The notes beneath the pieces were generated by a model. It was given only the letters and a program-made list of their open reading frames with translations. It did not search any database and was not told where the DNA came from. A stretch of DNA of 64,000 nucleotides, from the NCBI GenBank assembly GCA_048013815.1, contig CM106585.1, positions 11,222,001 to 11,286,000 of the forward strand. Direction: 5' to 3'. Of the stretch, positions 32,734 through 46,234 are shown piece by piece (positions within the stretch are counted from its first letter, which is position 1; every line of letters starts with the position of its first letter). The translations under genes were made by a program, and so were the position numbers. The stretch comes from Setoptus koraiensis. Lineage: Eukaryota > Animalia > Arthropoda.

Positions 32734-35700
32734 ATGGCCCCAAACAGCAAACCGGCGCTGGCCCCAACCGGCAAGCAAGCGTCACGGTGGCAGCTCGTGA
32801 CGCTGAGCTGCTGCCTCGTGCTGCTTGCCCATATATTGTCGGCCCGCCAAGCGGCCGCTCACTCGTCGTCGAAATTGAGCCGAGTCATAACAGCCAAATC
32901 AAGCACCTCCACTAGTCCAAACATAGAGATTGCGACAACAAACGAATCCGTCGCGCCGGCCGTCAAAAGTGTGGCCAGAAACACCGAACGAAAACTGAAC
33001 CAAATAGGCGACAGAATAAGCCAGTTAGAGGGCCGAATTCACCAAGATCATCACGGGTCAGCGTCGGGCGACGACGTTGAGCTCGTGCAGCCAACATTTC
33101 GCGCGGCCAACAGTGACAATATGGCAAACAACTTGCCATTGGCAGCCACCCACCAGCAGCTGACCGTTGCGGCGGCGAGCGCCGACGAGCGCATGGGCCC
33201 CGCGCCGGATCAGGCCGATTTGCAGAGCTCGGCGGAGCCAGATTTGGCCGGCGGCCAGCAGACGGGCGCGGCGGACAAGCCAAGCGCCGGCAACGCCAAT
33301 TACCCGCAGTCGGCCGCCAGCGACAACCGCAACGACAACCGCAACGACAACCGCAACGACAACCGCAACGACAACCGCAACGACAACAACCCAGACAGCG
33401 GCCAGCAGACGAGCGGCCAGTTTGCGACGGGCACTCTGGACTACGGCGGCAGCGCCAACAACAGACCGGGGGCGCAAGAGGGCGCCGCCAACAGCAGCGC
33501 CGACAGCGAGCCCCAGGCCTCGCTGCTGGCCTCCGACTGGACGCCCTCGTTCGACCCGCAATATTTCGAGCAGCTGAACGCCAAGAATCACGACCTGAGC
33601 AACCGGCAGCCGCACACCACCACCACCACGCCCAGCCCGTACGCGGAACTGCCCAAGCAGGCGGCCCTGTCCACGGCGGCCTCGCCGACCGGGTCGGCGC
33701 CGGTGGCCGCGAGACAGCAGCAGCAGCCGCACGCAAGCAACGACAACAAGTTCGCCCTCAACAACATGAGCCTCATCAGCTCGGGCTCCGATCTGTACAG
33801 GAGCGCCAGCAGCAGGCAAAGTTCCGGCCCGAGCGGCGGCAGCATCACCTACAGTCCGGGCTACGGCAGCAAGAGGCGATCGTCGTCGCTGCCGGCCGAA
33901 TCGGGGCCCGGGCCAACGGGTCAACTGGCCACTAAAACGGCGGCCAGCGGCAACAGGGCCGCCAATTCGTGGTCGTCGGCGCCATCGGGCGCGGGTCAAC
34001 TGAGCCAGGCCGAGTCCGCGCAGTCAGCCCAACAGGTGAGCGGCGCGGCCCGACTGTCCCAGGCTGTGCCCGCTCCGCTGCCGGCCAGCCAGCACGTAAG
34101 CGATCTGGATTTGGGCGGGCAGGGCGACGATGCCAGTTACGAGCAGCAGCAGCGCCAGTCGGTCGTGCACCGGTCCACCACGGGCCAGTCGGACCGGTCG
34201 GGCCAGGCGGCCGAAACGGCCAGCGCCAACCAGCAGCAGCAGAGGTACTCGCAGCCCATGTACAGCGGCAGTGGGGGCGACGCGCCCGACATTGCGCCGT
34301 CCGGCGGCGACGGCTACGGCTCCAGCGCCGGCTACAGCTCGAACTCGAACGCGGACGCGGTCGACAACTCGGCCAATTCCGCCAGCTCGGGCTATTCCGC
34401 CAGCTCGGGCTATTCCGCAAATGCGGCCAATTCCGCAAACGCGGCCAATTCGTCGCCTTATTTGCCGACAGTTAGATCGTCGTCGTCGTCAATTAATAGC
34501 CAGCAGTACAACAACATTAACACTAATGACCAGTCCGATGCCAATTGGCAGCTCGGCGGCCACAATGAGCATCATTATCCGAGCAACAACAACAATGGCG
34601 CCGGTTCCCAGCCGCTGAAGAAGAGCGCGGCGAGCGGGCCGGCCGGCTTGCAGCAGTACGACGACTATGCGCAGCCAAGTTCACCCGCTCAAGACAACAA
34701 TGGCTCAAACTCGATATTGTATAGCAGCGGCAGCAGCAACAGCAACAGCAACGACAACAACAGCGCCAACAACTACGCCAGCAACAACAACGACAATTAC
34801 AACAACAACAACAACAATTACAACAACAACAACAACAATCAATTTGGCGACGGCCAGTTTGTCGCCGGCAAGCCGAGCGCCGGCGCAAACAGGGAAGACA
34901 CGGCGACGCCGGCGCAGTCATTAGCATCGCATTTGCAACAAACGAGCAACAACCTAGTTCCCGTCTCGTCGCCCTACGACGCTCCCACCGGCAGCTACCT
35001 GTTGCCGAGCGCCGGTGCCAAGTCGACCGGCCTCTACAGCTACGCGACATTGTCCAGCGGCAGCAACAGCAACAGCGACAACGACAGCAGCAACTACGGC
35101 CACTACAACAGCAACTACAACAGCAACTACAACAACAACTACAGCAACAGCAACTACAACAACAACTACAACAACAACAACTTGGCCAGGCAGCAGCAAG
35201 AGAGCAAGATGAGCCACAGGACGGCCACTTCCGAGCAGCAGTTCAAGCAGCAGCAGCAGTCGAGCGCGATGGGCCAATTTGCGCCAGATCAGCCGGCAGC
35301 GGGCGCCGGTCAGCAGGGCATGCCGTTCGCGGACAATGCCTATAGCGACGATTACGCCAATTACGCCAACAACAATTATGCAAATAACGGCGCCGCAAAC
35401 AACAACTACAACGCTGGCCAATCGCTTTACGGCGGCCAATCCGCCGCTCAGCAAGCGGCCGGCCAGCTGTCGGGCTCGGACGCGGCGCCGGCCGGCACCG
35501 GCCGGCTCGACATGCCCGCCTCGTCATACAGCGACAACAACAATTACGCAACCAACAACAACAAGTACTACTACACGCTTCAGTCAGCCAAGGACACCAC
35601 CAACAACAACAACAACCCCGTGGACGGCAATCAAATGAGCGCGTCGGCGCCCCTCGCGGACACCAGCGGCTACTATCAGCCGCTGGATTACATCAACGCC

Positions 35701-37851
35701 AACAGCGACTTGGTGGCGGCCGCCATGCGGGGCGCCACCGCCCAGTCCGCGGCGGACCTGGCCGGCCCGACGAGGCGCCAGCAACAGCAGTATCTGCAGG
35801 ACTTGCAGCAGAACTACATGCAGAATAGGCAGCAGAACAGACTGAGCCACAGCGGCGGTCAGCAGTACGCCGACACCGACCAACTGGACTCGAGCGGCGC
35901 TACAAGCGCAACAGGTTACATATCGCCGGGCGCGGCCGGGTCCGGGTCGGGCTCTGCGAGCGGCCAGCAGCAGCAGCAACAGTTCCAGCTGGCCATGTCG
36001 CCGTCCGCCTACAGCAACTTTTATTCGTCGGCCGGCGCCGGCCCGACGAGCGCCCTGTCAAATGTGGCCAAAGAGGCGCGCTCCTACGACAACCAGAGCC
36101 AGTCGCAATCGCAGAGCGCGGTGCCCAGCGGTTACTCGACGTACGCGGACTTTTTCGGGACAGCGTCGAACGGCGCACAGAACGCGGTCGGCCAAGCGAG
36201 CACAAACAACGCCCAACAGGCTGTCGCCGAGCAGGCGTCGCAACCGTACCGGCGCAGCTACGTCAATCCGTACGGGTTGCGCTACGAGCCCAATCCGCTC
36301 GCCAGCGCCCTCGCCAACCGCTACTATCTGGCCGCTTCGCCCACCTACTTGAGCGCCCCCAGCTATCAGGTGGGCCAGCAGGCCATCTACAGTGCGTACG
36401 GTCAGCCGCAGCTGGCCATAGCGCCCGGCGACTATGCGTCGGCGGCGCTCGGGCCGGCCGGCAGCCAGTATTTGGACTCGGAGCCGGCAGAATCGTCGCT
36501 GGACAGCACCAACTACGACCAGGGACTGTATGCGGCGGCCGCGGCAGCCTCGGGTCACTATCAGACGGCCCAGCAACAGGGCGCGGCCGGCGGCGGCGCG
36601 GACTCGTCGGGCGGCCAACAAGCCAGCAGCGGCTCAACGGGCTCTGCGGTGGCCACCGGCAACACCGGCCAGAAGAATCTGGCCTCTTGGTCGAATTTGG
36701 GCACGCTTCTGCTGGGCTCGCTGCCCTTCGGTGTGCTCATCAGCTGGCTGTTCGGCAATCTGGCCGGCGTGGCCCGAAAGAAGCGCGAGCTGGCGCTCAC
36801 CAAGGACTTCGCCGAGCTGCTTCGGAATCCCTCCAAGGTTCTGTCGGCCATCATACAGGACAGCCAAGCGACGGGCAGTGGTCAGCAGCAGACCAATGTT
36901 GCCAGCGGCAAATATTCCGCCAGCAAGAAGCGCCAGCTCAAGGGTCCCAGCGGCTCGGCGGCGATGTGGTCGCCCTTCAAGGCGCTGCTGCGGCCCGGCG
37001 ACCAAATGAACAACAGCACAGCACTGCAGTATTCTAACAATATTCAATCGCAGCAGTCGGCGTCCGCTCAATCGAGCGGCGCGGATCCGCATTCCGGGCC
37101 GGCCGCGCAGCCGGCCGAGTCGTCGGCGTACCCGAACACCGAGACGGTGATGAAGAATATCATCAGCAGTCTGAGCGGGCACGATCACGGCCGGCATCAA
37201 CAATCGGCGACAGCGACAACAGCAAGCGCCGCAATGTCCGACAACGGCAACAATGGCAGACAAAAGCTCAACAACCAGGACAGGCCAAAATCGCTTAAGT
37301 TGATCCAAAACGCCAACAGCGGCACCAGCAACAACGACATGAGCAACAACAGCAACTTCAACAACACCAACACCAAGGGCATCAAGACCAAGGCGAAGAA
37401 GGCCCTCGGTGTCATCAACAACATATTTGTGGCGGCAAACAAATTGAGGCGAAAACACAGATCGTCGCACGGAAACGCAGCCTGGGGCGTGCTGGCGAAC
37501 CCGTTCGCAAATCTCAACGAGCACCAACAATCCCGATTGAGGTCGGCCCTGGACAGCACGGTCAGCATGCTGGGCAACAAATTCAACAGCTCGCAACTGC
37601 TGAATCACACCAGCACCATCATATCCGCCCTGGTGCGACACCTGAACAACCGGCAACAACAATTGTCCGACACAACCGCAGAATCCGTGCCTCCCGCCAG
37701 CCAGTCAGTGAGCAAAATGGCGCCCACGCAAGCAGAGCTCGCGCCCGATCTGGACACATCGGCGTCGCAGGCCAATTATCGGCACTACGCGCCCGACGAA
37801 ACGCCGAGACCCGTGTACGCCAGCAACGAGAGTCAGCAGCAGCAACAACAA

Positions 37852-37892
<41 letters not shown>

Positions 37893-38684
37893 ACCGGCCA
37901 AGACGAACGTCACGACAACGGGCGAGACGACGGGCGACAGAAAACTGGAGCCCACTAAATCCAGCGCAAAACCCCTGTCCGCGCATCATGTCAAATATCC
38001 GCTCAAGAGGGTGCCTGTAATCGTTGGCGACATTGTGCTGGACAAGGCCATTGTGATCAGCAACAGGCATTCGAACAGCACCAGCGGCAGCGCTGGCCCA
38101 CAGTCTGGCGAGCACGTTGCAAATTCCAAAGTGGCCTCGCTCAAACTGGCCGACAAACACAAGATGGACGTTTGTCTCAACCAATTCTTTTGCAAATTGG
38201 TCATCAAATTGAACATAAAAAGCAACGAGAGCATTCAAAATCACAGAGGCGCTCACAACAGGACGCAACAGCAGCCGGCGCACGTTGTCGTCAATCACAA
38301 CCACCAAATCAAAAGCATCAAGCAGCACCAAGAGAGGCTAGCCAAAAAACACATACACGACCTGATGAGCAAGATAATGTCAAGGTGAGTACTGCGTTGC
38401 GTAATAGGTTGCGTCACACGTATCACACTTCTATCGTGTATATCACAATGATATCACATCTTGTATACTGCACAATGTTGCGCACATGTCTAACCCATGT
38501 CTACTCCGCACTTTGTTTGCACAGTGTCCCGTTTGATATCAAAGATCCAGACATGCAGTCGAGCCGGATAGACGATCTATTTGTAGCCGCCTCCGAACAA
38601 CAATGCCTAACCAAATATCGCTGCGACGAGCTCAATCATTTGGAGCAAATACTCACCAAAATGGATTTGACTAGCACGGCATGA
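32734..38684 (+). CDS. Giant secreted/membrane low-complexity protein, ~1936 aa, with a hydrophobic segment, furin site and C-terminal 4-Cys (DM4/DM12-like) module; join(32734..38384,38525..38684)
   Basis: 1884-codon ORF with a signal-like segment (WQLVTLSCCLVLLAHILSA), an S/A/N/Q/G/Y-rich body, LGTLLLGSLPFGVLISWLFG followed by RKKR, and CLNQFFC. An AG|GTGAGT donor and a TTTGCACAG acceptor add an exon containing CLTKYRC. Confidence 0.85.
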
Positions 38685-39971
38685 TGATTAATAGATAGAC
38701 AGATAGGAGATGCATCTCCCACCGAGCCACAAACAAAAGACGATTAACGAGTAATGCTGCTATTATTATTATTATTTGTAGCAATCGCATAGGATGCGAT
38801 TAAGTGACACAATTATTACAACGAATCATTATCAACATTGGCGCCAAATAAAACTTTCTAGTCAGAGACACATAGACATACTCACTGTGAGTGACTCACA
38901 TGCACAAATAGACTTATTACTTTTCACAAATCCACCAAATATCTGATGAGTCAAGTCGAGCCGAGTCAAGTGTTGTTGCTACAACCAATTCATACAACCG
39001 AATCATATCAGTACTTGCGCCTTACTAGTACTTATACAAAATCTATACCTTTCCCATGATTAATGTTCAGCATAAGGAGCAGCACCTAGAACACACACTT
39101 CGTTTGCATCGAATCAAATCGAATGAAGGCCCGAGCTTTAAACAACTGAATCATCAAACTGAAACCATTATGTATTGTATCACATTGCAATTTGTCTAGT
39201 TTTTTTATTATCTTATGAACAGAGATTTACTTTAATTCATTGTCACAAATTGACGATATTATTCACTGTAACATTACTGTAACATCGAGCTGACACAAAT
39301 GCAGACCATTATCAACTCAACAACATGTCAAAAAATCCACGACAACAACATTAAATTGTACAGCTTATACAAATCATAGTTTGCGTAACGAAACAGTTTG
39401 TTTTTCAGCTTTTTTTTTTTGGTTGGCTGGTCTGCAAATCAATTCATTTGCGTTTGCCATTACACACTTCCGGTTCACGGAGCTCATGCAACGACGGGTC
39501 TGAACGACGGTGAAATGATACTTTCCCGATTACGATCCCAACCGGCAGCATATGTTCGAGCTACTTTTTTGTTCGTTTTTTGGTTCTTGTCAATGATAAC
39601 CACTAATAGATACCAATAGCTGATCACCGCAGCCTATTAACCGATCTGATTGTTTGCACGAGGGTGGGACACATAGCCTGTTTAGATGCACCCCCAGAGC
39701 CCTTGGAGTTTGGAGCGGGTTATGTTCAAACTCGAGTTAATAAACAGTCAGATACTGAGAAAGAGAGGATCAATTGGGAAGTGATCAATTGGTAGTAGTC
39801 ATTCTGTGATACATAAACAATGAAGACAAGATTTACTATTCATTCGATTCAAATTTTGTGGGCCTTTGTCTTACTGCAATCTTTTATTTTTGTATTTCAT
39901 ACTTTTTTTCCTTGTGATGATTGTTTATAATGAGGAAAAAAAAACAAAAATCTTAGTTTTTTGAATTCTAC

Positions 39972-40065
39972 GCGCCAATGATTGGCGCATGCGCAAAATA
40001 ATGCTGACTGCCGATGGTATCAAGGACGCAACCTGATTACTGTAAACGAGCTGTAGGTGGCGCTG
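39972..40065. promoter_or_regulatory. Candidate VPS35 promoter elements: palindromic CCAAT pair, NRF1-type GCGCATGCGC, CTCF-like site
   Basis: GCGCCAATGATTGGCGC (39972-39988) overlaps GCGCATGCGC (39985-39994). CTGTAGGTGGCGCTG lies at 40051-40065. Motif matches only. Confidence 0.45.
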
Positions 40066-40467
40066 AACAGTATCGTAGAACAGCCTGATGAGAGACACAT
40101 CGCCTTATAGATTCACCATTTTGGAGCGCACAAAGGCGAGTGCACTTACAAGTCGCTATGTAACAGCATCAAAAGCGAACACGCCAGTGCATTCACAAGT
40201 GTCCCCGGCGCCCTCTACTCGACGTTATTGGCAGCTGTTTTGTGGTTATACTGTTTGGGCATGAGCGTGGTGGCAAGAGAGTCAAGATCGAACTGGTTGT
40301 AACGATATCGATCATCATAATGATACCATTAATTACACCCACAAGGATTATCGATGATGTGCACTAACGATAGTATTTACATTCATTTACTCATTAATCA
40401 ATAAAAAATATTAATTATTAGTGTTTCTATCTTAGTGTCACTACCCTAACAAATTATAACCCCAGAG

Positions 40468-43400
40468 ATGGCTTCAATCAACGCTGAAGAGGAGGCTCTA
40501 AATGCCGTCAAAACGCACTCGTTTCAGATGAAATGCTCACTAGATAAAGGCCGGCTGATGGATGCATTGAACAATGCCTCTAGCATGCTTAATGAACTTA
40601 GAACATCATTGTTGTCACCAAAATCATATTATGAACTCTATATGGCTGTCACAGATCAATTGAGACATCTGGTAGCCTATCTAATGGAGGAATTTGAGCG
40701 AGGTAGAAAATTAGCGGACCTGTATGAAGTGGTGCAACATGCAGGAAATATTATACCTAGATTATATTTACTCATTACAGTCGGATTGGTCTATATGAAA
40801 ACTACACCCACATGCCGTAAAGAAATTCTCAAAGATTTAGTAGAGATGTGCGGTGGTGTTCAACATTCACTGCGTGGTCTTTTCCTTAGGAATTATCTAT
40901 TGCAAATGTGCCGCGAGGTTCTACCTGGACAGGATAGTGAAAATCATGGAACATTACAAGATTCATTGGATTTTATTCTTACTAATTTCGCTGAAATGAA
41001 CAAACTGTGGGTTCGTATTCAGCATCAGGGCCATTCAAGGGACAAGGAACGTAGAGAAAAGGAACGCATGGAATTGCGCCTACTGGTCGGAACTAATCTA
41101 GTGAGACTATCTCAATTAGAGGCTTTAGATGTCAATTGTTACAAAGAGACTGTCTTGCCTGGCATATTAGAGCAAATAGTATCTTGTCGAGATGCTATAG
41201 CACAAGAATATTTGATGGAATGTCTCATACAGGTTTTCCCCGATGAATTCCATATCGCCACGTTGCGGCCCTTCTTAAACAGCTGTGCCCAATTGATGAC
41301 CCGAGTAAATGTCAGGAGTATTACCATCGCTCTTATAGATAGATTGTCCAAATCGGAGCATGTTGACCTTCCAGATAATTTATTTGAACTACTGTCACAA
41401 CAAATATCAAACATGATAGAATCAAGGCCAGAGATCGAGATAGAGGGCGTTATTGCTATGGAGACGTCACTGATTAATTTCTCTACAAAGAGAATTAAAA
41501 ACAAAACAAAACAATCCGAGGCAATCAACTCAGTATTAAAGAGTGCCATGGTGATAATCAAAGAAAAAACAGGTTCAAAAACACTAGATGAAGATTCTTT
41601 GTTGAACAAAGAGCTTTTAAAATTCCTCAAAGTTCCAATCAGATCAGAAAATGCATCACAAGCACTAAATTCTATGAAACTTATTTTAAATTTAGAAAAT
41701 TATCGAACACTACTTGAAGAACTTCATCAGGTTTCATTGAATAAGCAAATTGCCCTATCTTTGATGAATCCGTTGATTGATGATGCAGAGGAAGAAACAA
41801 CACAAAAAGCAGGCGAAGAATCAGATGCGAAGCTTTCATTGAATGAGATTTCCCTATTTATAGATATTATATGTAAACCTCTAGTCAAAAATGTCCAAAC
41901 TGATGATTACCTACAACTCAATGAGGAAGAGAAAGAGGCTTTTATTGACGAACAAGTAACAATGGCCAAGTTTCTACATGTGTTACTTTCACCGCAAGTC
42001 ATGAATGACTTTAATTTTCACTCAAGATTTGAAGCGTTAAACAATATTGCTAATACACTATCCCAAAGCGGTCCCCATCGAATGAAACATACCTTTCCTT
42101 GTATAATCTTTAGAGCTCTCCAGTTGGTGGCCGACATTAACAAAGCTCGCCAGAACACAGAAACTGTTGATGGTCAAATTTCTATCAAGGATGTGTTTGA
42201 ATTCACTACGAACCAGATAGACAAATTAATATTAGGAGATAAAGATAGCACCTTTGTGGGACTGACTGTCAGACTGTGCCTGAAATGCTCTGAGGCTGCC
42301 ATGAAAACCGAGTTACCTGATAGAGAGAGCTTAGCTTCAGAATATGTAGCTCAAGCTTTCAGAGTTCAGGAAAATACCGAATTCAAAGCTGAGGACAAGT
42401 TAGAGAGTATACTATTCATCGTTAACTCAATCAAGGCCTTACAGTTTCAACAATACGACATTATATCGAGCCTGACTGAAAGTTGTTTTGAATACACTTT
42501 CGCTGGTTTTATCGCTGGAGACGATAGATGTCGTATCTTCTTGGCTGTAATGTCTGTGTTGGTTGATGTGAATAATGTTGATGGTAAACAACTTTGGGTG
42601 GTGGGGGGGGGGTGGGGGGGGTGGGGTGGGGGGGGTGGGGTGGGGGGGGGGTTGGGGGTTGTGGGGGGGGTGGGGGGGGTGGGGGGGGGGTGGGGGGGGG
42701 GTGGTGTGGGGGGGGGGTGGGGGGGGGGTGGGGGGGGGGTGTTGTGGGGGGGGGGTGGGGGGGGTGGGGGGTGGGGTGTTGGGGGTGGTGGGGGGGGGGT
42801 GTGGGGGGGTGGGGGGTGGGGTGGTGGGGGGGGTGGGGGGGGGTGTGTGTGTGTGGGGGGGTGTGGGGGGGTGGGGGGTGGTGGGGGGGGGTTGTGGGTG
42901 GGGGGGGTGGGGGGGGGTGGGTGGTGGGGGGGGGCGGGGGGGGGAGGGGGTGGTGGGTGGGGGGGTGGGGGGGGGTGTGTGTGTGTGTGGGTGGGGTGGT
43001 GGGGGTGTGGGGGGTGGGTGGGGTGGGGCGTTGGTGGGGGGGTGGTGGGGCTGGGGGGGTGGGGGGGTGGTGGTGGTGGGGGTGGTGGGGGGGGGTGGGG
43101 GGTGGGGTGGGGGGGGTGGGGGTGGGGGGGGGTGGGGGGGGTGGGGTGTGTGGGGGTGGGGTGGGGGGGGTGGGGGGGGGGTGGGGGGGGTGGGGGTGGG
43201 GGGGTGTGGGGGGGGGGTGGGTGGGGTTTGGGGGGTGGGGGTGGGGTGGTGGGGGGGGGGGTGGGGGGGGGTGGGGGTGGGGGGGGTTGGGGGTGGGGGG
43301 GGTGGGGGTGGGTGGGGGGTGTGGGGGGGTGGTTGGGGGGTGGTGGGGTGGTGGGGTGTGGGGGGGGGGGGGGGGGTGGGGGGTGGGGTGGGGGGGGGTT

Positions 43401-43957
43401 GGGGGGTGGGGTGGGGGGGGGTTGTGGGGGGTTGTGGGGGGGTGGGGTGTGGTGGGGGGGGGGTGGGGTGGGGGGGGTGGTGTGGGTGGGGGGGGTTGGG
43501 TGGGGGGGGGTGGGGGGGGGGTGGGGGTGGGGGGGGTGGGGTGGGGTGGGGGGGGGTGTGGGGGGGGGGTGGGGGGTGGGGGGAGGGTGGGGTGTGGGGG
43601 GGTGGGGGGGGGGGGGGGGGGTGGGGGGGGGGTGGGGGGGTGGGGGGGGTGTGGGGTGGCGGGGGGTGGGGGGGTGGGGGGTGTGTGGGGGGGTGGGGGG
43701 GGGGTGTGGGGGGGTGGGGGTGGGGGGGGTGGGATAGTTATCTCGATGATTTCATCAAAACTCTTTTTATGATGAAACAAGACAAAAGAGTTGGATATAT
43801 TAAGGAACTGCTAACACATCTGGAAGAGATCGTTAATAGAGCCGGTACTGGGTTCGCCAAATACATAGATTTCTTACGTGAGAGTATGGATGATAAGTTC
43901 CAAGTTAAAACTTCAATTCCAAAAATGTTAAAAGAGCTTCACATAGGCAGTGATTAA
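40468..43957 (+). CDS. VPS35: Retromer subunit VPS35, intronless; 784 aa if the G/T tract 42599-43733 is removed
   Basis: FQMKCSLDKGRLMDAL, LRTSLLSPKSYYELYM, IIPRLYLLITVG, RGLFLRNYL, QEYLMECLIQVFPDEFH. Excising the tract joins CTT TGG G|AT AGT (KQLWDSYLDDF) and gives a length typical of VPS35 (about 800 aa). Confidence 0.93.
42599..43733. repeat. 1135-bp aperiodic G/T-only tract inserted at a TGGG in VPS35 (probable sequencing/assembly artefact)
   Basis: Almost entirely G runs separated by single T, with only a handful of A/C. Flanked by TGGG on both sides. Length is 1 mod 3. Confidence 0.9.
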
Positions 43958-44398
43958 TTGAATGAATTTGCACCCGATGAGGTTCTAATATATTTAGTCT
44001 AATGTAAAAAGCTGATGAAAAGATCGACAATAAAGCACGATAATCATTTATATGTATCTGTTGTGCATGTAGTTAATGTTACCGGGCTTCGAAATTTGCT
44101 GTAAAAAAAAACTTGTCGGATTATTTGCCATCATTATTGTCACTTTTGCTACCGACAAAACCGGCTTTTTCACTCTATCTGTTATGATCATTCAAGGTGA
44201 ATTGTGATGCCTGATAGACTCGTCTATACTGTAAACTGTTTTGTGTCATCATTGATTTTTCTCGTTATATTTTTTATTGAGTCTAGATGTGTGAATTTTT
44301 CAATCTCATTGTTATAATAATTATCCGCTACTGTGTTAGTTATTAGATTGCATTCGAATTCAATTACAAGGAAACTTTTGTCGAATAGCCGCGCAAAA

Positions 44399-45404
44399 AT
44401 GGCTCTCCGAATTCGATACCTGTCCCTACTTTTAATATCTGTTCTTGTTCACGGTAAGTGTTCATGAAAAAGTGATTTTAGCAATTTTCACAAGTCCGCA
44501 TCCACTAGTAACTGTCAATATTTCTATAAAATCATATTATACACAATTACAATTGTTAGTCGACCAATGGCGTGGGGCCACAGCCACCATCGTTAACAGA
44601 ACGGATATTGCCATGACTATGAATGCTATTAGGCCGTGTATGCAGGCTGCGATCAATACATGGGTTTTGCCACAAAATCTGCCTCCCAGAAATGTTGAGC
44701 AATTGAATAAAATGTGCAAATCGAACGCAGAGGCTCTGAAATGTATTAAGGAACGACTTGTATCTCGAGATACCATTCTGAAGAGAATGATGAAGTCGTT
44801 CACACAAGAGCGTCAACGTTTCTTAAAAAAAATTTGCACTAACACCAACAGTAACTATTCAAGGAATTTCCTACAGGCTGTAGGTTGTGTTTTAGACAAC
44901 AAAAGAACCGCTTATTACAACAATGACTTGGAATTTATTAGAAATATTCAGACCATCGAGAGAAAGGGCAATAGTCTAGGTGATTACAAGACACAACTGA
45001 ACTACCTGTGCTGCTCAGTACTGACTGGCATAGAGGTAATTATCACATGGCTAGCCACGTCAGAAAGGCTCGCCAGCTTCCTTGAGTGTTCAAATTTCAA
45101 TTCGATTAGTTGGTATTATAGTTGCTATAATTGATACATTTCTTTGTGATGTGACCTCTCCATAAAACAGAACTACACTGGACTTCTCAAGCCACAATGC
45201 GACCAATATAAAGATGTAATGAAGGATTTAATTCAAAGTTTGGTGCCCGTACATGAGGTCGATTTGATGTGTCCAGACAGAGAGAAATATCTAGAGGAAA
45301 TTTGTCCAGGATTGGCGCCATTGGATCCCGCAAGCAAACCCGATTTGTCTATTCCTACAATGCAATCAACACTGATTGCGGCTCTAACGCTTGGCGATGA
45401 TTAA
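44399..45404 (+). CDS. Secreted Cys-rich helical protein, paralog A, 254 aa; join(44399..44453,44560..45035,45171..45404)
   Basis: Signal-peptide exon (MALRIRYLSLLLISVLVH, G|GTAAGT) and two GT-AG introns (phase 1, phase 0) give one open frame. Cys scaffold includes LNYLCC. Confidence 0.85.
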
Positions 45405-46234
45405 GCTAACGCTTAAAAACAAAGAAATAATAAAAAACGAAAGAATTATGGGCAATTTTGTAAGGAAGAAAATTGAGAGTAACCCAAATAGCGATAGCAG
45501 TCACGAAAGTACACGAGCAGCTATAATAAAATTTCTTCGTAAAGTCAACCTTGACCGCCATGTAGTGGTGTGTGACTGTCAATCATCGAGAACCTTTTCC
45601 TCCTGTTCACATATCACGAACGAATATGTGTAAAACAAGATGTGTTAGAAATAACATATACTGCTAGTATAAATAAATAGATATCAACATATAGTTACGT
45701 AAGAATGATAGAGCTCGATTACTTCTGTGTGCTCCAAGGTCTCGCCAATTTCACGCAACATTTGATCGAATGAAATCTAAGAATCTGACACTATCATACT
45801 ATCAATCACATTTCATCAACCGCAACTGACAACAAATTGTGAATTGTTTACATATTCGTACAACTTAACCCCTTCTAACGCAGAGAAAAACAGCAACTAA
45901 CAACCATGTGTGTCTCTGATACACCTTGGAACAAGATTCTCCGAGACAACCTGTTCTTGGCACTGTTGGCAATCGTAGCGAGTTAACAACGCCAGTTGTT
46001 CCGAAGGCGACAGAATGGTGTGCCAGTGGCATTAGAATCATGATATATATGCCTACAGGCCTGGGCAGCGAGACATTAGTTGAGGTTTGGACGTTTTGCA
46101 TGCCAGACACGCCGATGAAAAGAATTAAATTTGAAAACTTGCATATCACCTGTAGATTAGTGGAAATCATCATCAGTTACAAGGGATTGCACAATTGCAA
46201 ATAAATTTAAATAAAGTCAGTAATTTTGTGCGCC

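Noticed and set aside
32963-38331. Long overlapping and antisense ORFs within the giant gene
   Set aside because: They are shadows of GC-rich, stop-poor codon usage in the real ORF.
42598-43737. G/T tract as a GT-AG intron
   Set aside because: The good GT donors are phase 0 but the only nearby AG needs phase 2, and there is no branch point or pyrimidine tract.
42509-43957. Pro/His-rich and Gly/Val/Trp-rich ORFs (extensin- or glycine-rich-like)
   Set aside because: They are translations of the G/T tract; only 43734-43957 is real VPS35 sequence.
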